A stretch of 64,000 nucleotides of DNA from Nitrospirota bacterium. Its GTDB lineage: Bacteria > Nitrospirota > Nitrospiria > Nitrospirales > Nitrospiraceae. Where the stretch lies: NCBI GenBank assembly GCA_963701855.1, contig CAVPBK010000006.1, forward strand, positions 1,568,502-1,632,501, in the 5' to 3' direction. Below the pieces are notes generated by a model. The model was given only the letters and a program-made list of their open reading frames with translations, had not been told where the DNA came from and searched no databases. How positions within the stretch are numbered: the first letter of the stretch is position 1; each line of letters starts with the position of its first letter. A program made the position numbers and the translations under genes. Shown here piece by piece: positions 59,316 to 64,000 of the stretch.

Positions 59316-60695
59316 ATGGCCGGATCTCAAAAGCAATCTACTACTGTTTCCTCCTGTGCTGATCCCATCCTTGCAGCTCGACTGGAAGCCATCAAGCAGT
59401 TAGCCTGCGGGTCTTCCGATCGAGTGGCGGTCTTGGGTCGCGATTTCAACGTGATCTATGCGAATGAATCCGCATGGTCTGAGGAAACATCCCCATTGTC
59501 CGACCATCAGGCGAAGTGCTATGAGGCCTTTGCTCATCGGAACGATCCCTGTGGTACCTGTCCGGCGACAAAGCTATACGAATCGCCGGAGGTCCAGTCC
59601 GTGGCCTGTTCTATCGGAGGGGACGGTACGGCCTGTGGGATGCATCAGGCGTTTCCGCTTGTCGCGAGCAACGGCGAGGTCGGGTCTGTGCTGGTGTTGT
59701 TCAAGGTGCCACCGAAGCCTGCGAAACAGACAAGCGGTGAGCGCGTGGAGGTAAAACACGATTCGAAGTTAGGTGAGCTGATCGGCTCGAGCGCGCCGAT
59801 GCGAGAAATCCTCGATATGATCCGGCTCGTGGCGGACAGTTCCGCGACCGTGCTGATTCAAGGGGAGAGCGGCACCGGCAAGGAACTGGTGGCCAAAACG
59901 ATTCACCGCGCCAGCTATCGGCGGGATAAACCCTTCGTCGTGGTCGATTGCGGTTCGCTGCCGGAAACGCTGTTGGAGAGTGAGTTGTTCGGTCATGTGA
60001 AAGGAGCCTTCACCGGCGCGCATGCCTCCAAGCGTGGACTCTTCGAGGAGGCAGACGGCGGGACCATCTTCCTCGACGAGATCGCCGACACGACGGCGGT
60101 CTTTCAAGCCAAGCTGTTGCGAGTGCTTCAGGAGGGAGAGATCAAGCGGGTTGGGGGAAACCAACCGATCAAGATCGATGCGCGGGTCATTTCGGCAACG
60201 AATAAGGATCTGACCGAACTCGTGAAGGCCAAGGCGTTTCGGCAAGACTTGTACTACCGCCTTGCGGTGTTACCGTTGTCTCTTCCTCCACTCCGAGACC
60301 GACAGGAAGACATCCCGCTCTTGGTGCAGCACTTCGTCGCGGCGTCCTGTAAGCGCCACCGGCAGCCGATCCGGCAGGTATTGCCGGATGGGATGCAGGC
60401 GCTCACTCAGGCCTCATGGCCCGGCAATGTCCGGGAGTTGCAACACTACATTGAACGGGCGGTCGTCACCACCACCGGTCCCGAGCTTAGCTGCAACGAC
60501 ATCGTGGCGATGGGATCGGAACCGGCAGGGCACGGGCTCCGTACTGTTGCGCGCGGGGCCACCCGCCAGGCGGAACGTGCGCGGATTTTTCAGGCGCTCC
60601 AGCAGACCGGAGGCAATCGTGCGAAGGCCGCCAAGCTCCTCAAGATCAGCAGGGCGAGTCTGTACAACAAAATCCGTGACTATCAGATTGAATAG
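59316..60695 (+). CDS. sigma54 activator with Cys-rich PAS-like N-terminal domain
   Basis: KCYE...PCGTCP...C...C sensor region. GESGTGKE, GAFTGA, WPGNVREL, HTH. Confidence 0.95.
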   Translation: MAGSQKQSTTVSSCADPILAARLEAIKQLACGSSDRVAVLGRDFNVIYANESAWSEETSPLSDHQAKCYEAFAHRNDPCGTCPATKLYESPEVQSVACSIGGDGTACGMHQAFPLVASNGEVGSVLVLFKVPPKPAKQTSGERVEVKHDSKLGELIGSSAPMREILDMIRLVADSSATVLIQGESGTGKELVAKTIHRASYRRDKPFVVVDCGSLPETLLESELFGHVKGAFTGAHASKRGLFEEADGGTIFLDEIADTTAVFQAKLLRVLQEGEIKRVGGNQPIKIDARVISATNKDLTELVKAKAFRQDLYYRLAVLPLSLPPLRDRQEDIPLLVQHFVAASCKRHRQPIRQVLPDGMQALTQASWPGNVRELQHYIERAVVTTTGPELSCNDIVAMGSEPAGHGLRTVARGATRQAERARIFQALQQTGGNRAKAAKLLKISRASLYNKIRDYQIE

Positions 60696-60735
60696 CCCTC
60701 CAGTGCCCCTCTCTTCCCCACTTCTCTCCTCCGAC

Positions 60736-60820
60736 TGTCCAAGAAGTTAGACAAGCTAAGACATTGATAACTCTGGCATCGGATTATTGCGCCAGCTTCA
60801 GCTGTCTAACACAGTGGAAA
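60736..60820. promoter_or_regulatory. Candidate enhancer (UAS) sites for a sigma54 activator
   Basis: TGTCCAAGAAGTTAGACA (TGT-N12-ACA palindrome) and the related TGTCTAACACAGTGGAAA, 100-180 bp upstream of the -24/-12 site. Confidence 0.55.
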
Positions 60821-60916
60821 GAAGCGCCACGAACGGTTTCGATCATCTTGCCGCATTCATCACGTAACTCACGTTGCCACTGAGAAAATTTCTTCGATCG
60901 CCAATCGATCTGATGT

Positions 60917-60932
60917 TCGGCACAGCTGTTGC
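60917..60932 (+). promoter_or_regulatory. sigma54 -24/-12 promoter
   Basis: TCGGCACAGCTGTTGC, i.e. GG-N10-GC with GGCAC and TTGC. Confidence 0.75.
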
Positions 60933-61161
60933 GCTAGCTGAACATTGCTGGTGGAGGTCTGGGTGATTAGGACCGGCCTCCGAATGACCCTCTCCTCCGC
61001 AAGGAGGAAACCTTCACCGGCTCTTAATTATTTTTCGAACCAAGCATGACTGCTGGAAGCGGTGAAGGCCGGCCGGAGCAGTGGATGATCACAGAGGGGC
61101 AGAATCAATCTCAGCCCGTCCGTCCGGAAGAAGGATGGCGGTGGAAGAAGGAGGCCGAGGT

Positions 61162-64000
61162 ATGAAAAGGGTATTAAGTTCGCGCAGCTGCCGCGCCTAT
61201 CGCATGGCAGCAAGTCTGCCGACAGCGCTATTTGTCAGCAGCCTGCTGACAACTCCGATCGGGCTGGCTGCAGACCAGCACACCCACCATGGCGACGTGG
61301 GGGAGTCATCGGCGGAGAAGGTGATTTATCGCGAAGGCGGAGCGATCCTGCACGACCGCATGATGGAGGAGGTGAAGCGACAACAGGAAGTCATCGGGAA
61401 GAAAGGTGCGTATAGCACCGGCGCGAACAGTCACATGTTGCAGCAGGGGGTTCTGCTGGTGGCGGAGGATCCGACCAAAGTCTCCGTTAGCAGCGGGCAG
61501 CGTTGCCCGGCGAATGCGCCGGTGAAGGACTATCACGTTTCGGCGATCAACGTCGAGATCACACTGAGCCGGTTTCTCGACTATTTCCCCGGCTACATGT
61601 ATGTGCTGAAGGAGAACGTCGAAAAGGTCCGCGGCGAAGAAACCGCGAACAGGGAAGCGCGGGAGAAGGAAAATGATCCCGGCGCCGTGTCGAACGGCTT
61701 GCAGGGCGATGTCATCCAGCCTCTCGTGATTCGAGCCAATCAAGGCGATTGCCTCAAGCTCACCTTGCATAATGAGATCACAGAGGAGCCGACGAGCTTG
61801 GTCATCACGGTTCATCCATGGTGGTGGCGGCTACCGGCAAGCCGGCGACTCCCTCGAATCCAGAAGGCACGATTGCACCGGGCGGGCAGCAGAGTTTTGA
61901 GTGGTATATCAAGCCGGATACTCAGGAGGGGGCACGATTTTTCCGGTCGCATGCATCGCGCGAGCAGTTCAACCAGGGCTTGATCGGCATGCTCGTCGTG
62001 GAGCCGCGCGGCTCACGCTATCTCAGCCCCTTCGACGGCAAGCCGATGGCGAGCGGCTGGGAGGCCATGATCGAAGATCCGAAGGAGCGGACTTTCGAGA
62101 ATTCGCGATTTTCTATCATGAGGCCGGCGATGAAGCGTTTCGCCTCTTGAATAAGAAGGGCGAAATGCTGCCCCAGCGCGATCCGCATACCGATTCCTAT
62201 CGGCCGGGCGCGCGGTTGCTGAATTACCGGAGTGAACCGCATGGCACACGCATCGAGCTTCAGGCCCACATGGGCTTTTACGGCGACGAGTCTATGGCGT
62301 ACGGATCCTATACCTTCGGCGACCCGGCCACGACCGTTCCTCGATCCTATCTCGGCGATCCAGCCAAGTTTCGGATGGCAGGCGGCTCGGAAATCGTGCA
62401 CTCGCATCACCTCCACGGCGGCTCCATCCGCTGGGCACGCCAGCCAGGGAACAGCAATCTGGACTTTGCCTTGTCGAAGAATGGGCCAGTGAAATTTCCT
62501 GCGATCAGCGACCCCTCGACCGTTTGGACGTGCAGTCCATCGGGCCGACAGAGGTCTACGATCAGGTGATTGAGGGTGGATCGGGGGGCCTGCAAGCCTT
62601 GGCCGGCGAGTTCGTGTTCCACTGCCACATCCCGCAACATTATGTGACGGGCATGTGGGGTTTCTGGCGTGTGTATAACACGCTGCAAGCGCCTGGCTCC
62701 CAGACCGATGTGATGAAGCCGTTGGTCGAACTGCCGGATAGCATCGGCAAGATCAAGACGGGCACTCCGTCGGATAAGCTTGTCGGCACCACAGTGGATT
62801 GGTACGGCGGCAAGAAGTATGAGATCACCAAAGACAAGACCGATTGGAAAGCCAACCCGGTCAAGGTCTCCATCAAGGATTGGGTGGAGATGATGCTCAC
62901 GCCGCAAGGCAAGCCGGGCAAGAAGAACACCGAAAAAGAGCAGACGTTGGCCTATGATTCGACCGTCAACAACTGGGCTTGGGACGGGCAGAAGGCCATG
63001 AGCGAGCTTGAGACGACGTATGAATGGGTGAACTACAAGTCGGCGACGCCGGGCAAGCGGCAGGAGATCTCTTCGATCCACAATCCGGCAAGATCGCCTG
63101 GCCATGGCTTCGGCCGCACCTGGGTCGGCGCGTGCCGTTCTCTCCGAGCCACAGCGGGGCGCCTTGGCTGGAGCCGATCCATCGCCGCGATGACGGCAGC
63201 AACTCCACTGAACCGCCGAAACCGGGTGAACAAGGGCCTTGGAGCCTGTGTCCTGAAGGGGCGCCGAAGAAGTACTTCAATATCCACGCGATCACGTTGC
63301 CGATCACTCTCAAGAAGGCGACGGCCAAGACGCCGGCGATTGTGGATCCGGGAGGACTGCTCTACGTGCTGCATGAAGAAGAGCAGGAAGTCAGGAAGAA
63401 TCCAGCCAAACAGATGCCGCTGGTGATTCGCGGCAACGTGCAGGATTGCATCAACGTCGTGTACAAGAGCGAGTTGAAAGATGATGTGCGGCAAGGGTTC
63501 TCCAGCAAGACGAACCTGCATCCGCACATGTTCCAGTTCGATACGCAGGCGTCGGACGGCCCGATTATCGGCTTCTCGTATGAGATGTGGTTCCGGCCGT
63601 TCACGATTCTGAAGGACGAGCATCCCGGCAAGGGCATGCCTGTGCCGATGAACACGACGGTGGAGGCCGATGCGGCCAAGGGAGCGAGCAGCATCAAGGT
63701 GAAGGATGCCTCACGCTATCACGTCAAGACCGAGTTGGGCGTGGGCATGGACGAAGTGGGTGGCTTTGAGTCGGCCCGGATCAGCAAGATCGAAGGCAAT
63801 ACGATCACGTTCGAGCGGCCGCTGAAGTATAGCCATAAGAAGGGCGAGATCGTGTCGGTGGAATGGATCCGCGAGCGATGGTATGTGGACGCTGATTTCG
63901 GCACCACCTTCTGGCACGACCATGTGTTTGGATTGGACGGGTGGGGCCATGGTTTCTACTCCACGTTCATCGCCGAACCGCCTCGGTCCACCTATCATGA
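61162..64000 (+). CDS. Very large exported multicopper oxidase (MnxG-like), split by four -1 frameshifts; runs off the window
   Basis: HSHHLH, FHCHIPQHYVTGM, NLHPH, WHDH motifs in successive frames. Breaks near 61807, 62084, 62514 and 63069. The last frame is open to 64000. Confidence 0.88.

Noticed and set aside
60774..60790. Second sigma54 promoter TGGCATCGGATTATTGC
   Set aside because: GG-to-GC spacing is 12 rather than the required 10.
61800..63075. Programmed ribosomal frameshifting in the MCO
   Set aside because: No slippery heptamers at the breaks, and four serial shifts would give negligible product.

Overview
Bacterial chromosomal window, roughly 55-60% GC by eye. Gene content and intergenic repeats look like Nitrospira (inference). 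About 1-16 kb is a decaying accessory region. It holds an intact IS3 element with a 3-bp target duplication, small exported or regulatory genes, several gene fragments, and two ~205-bp direct repeats that are fossil tyrosine-integrase 3' ends, one next to a tRNA-3'-end-like att site. About 16-56 kb is mostly core genome: mscL, tRNA-Ser, ffs, dnaX-ybaB-recR, dksA, tRNA-Val, trmFO-xerC-argB, nagZ, pepA, queE, tRNA-Leu, a GAF + ~8 PAS sensor/NarL pair and purEK. It is densely sprinkled with MITE-like elements that sit on TAG stop codons and with 9-mer-periodic palindromic repeats. The most intriguing locus is a translationally coupled operon: a DUF692 (MNIO) enzyme fused to a DUF2063-like partner domain, a Dus flavoprotein and a Maf pyrophosphatase, with no visible RiPP precursor. 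The window ends in a sigma54 regulatory cluster upstream of a very large MnxG-like multicopper oxidase that carries four single-base deletions, probably sequencing errors. All family assignments come from motif recognition by eye; no searches were run.
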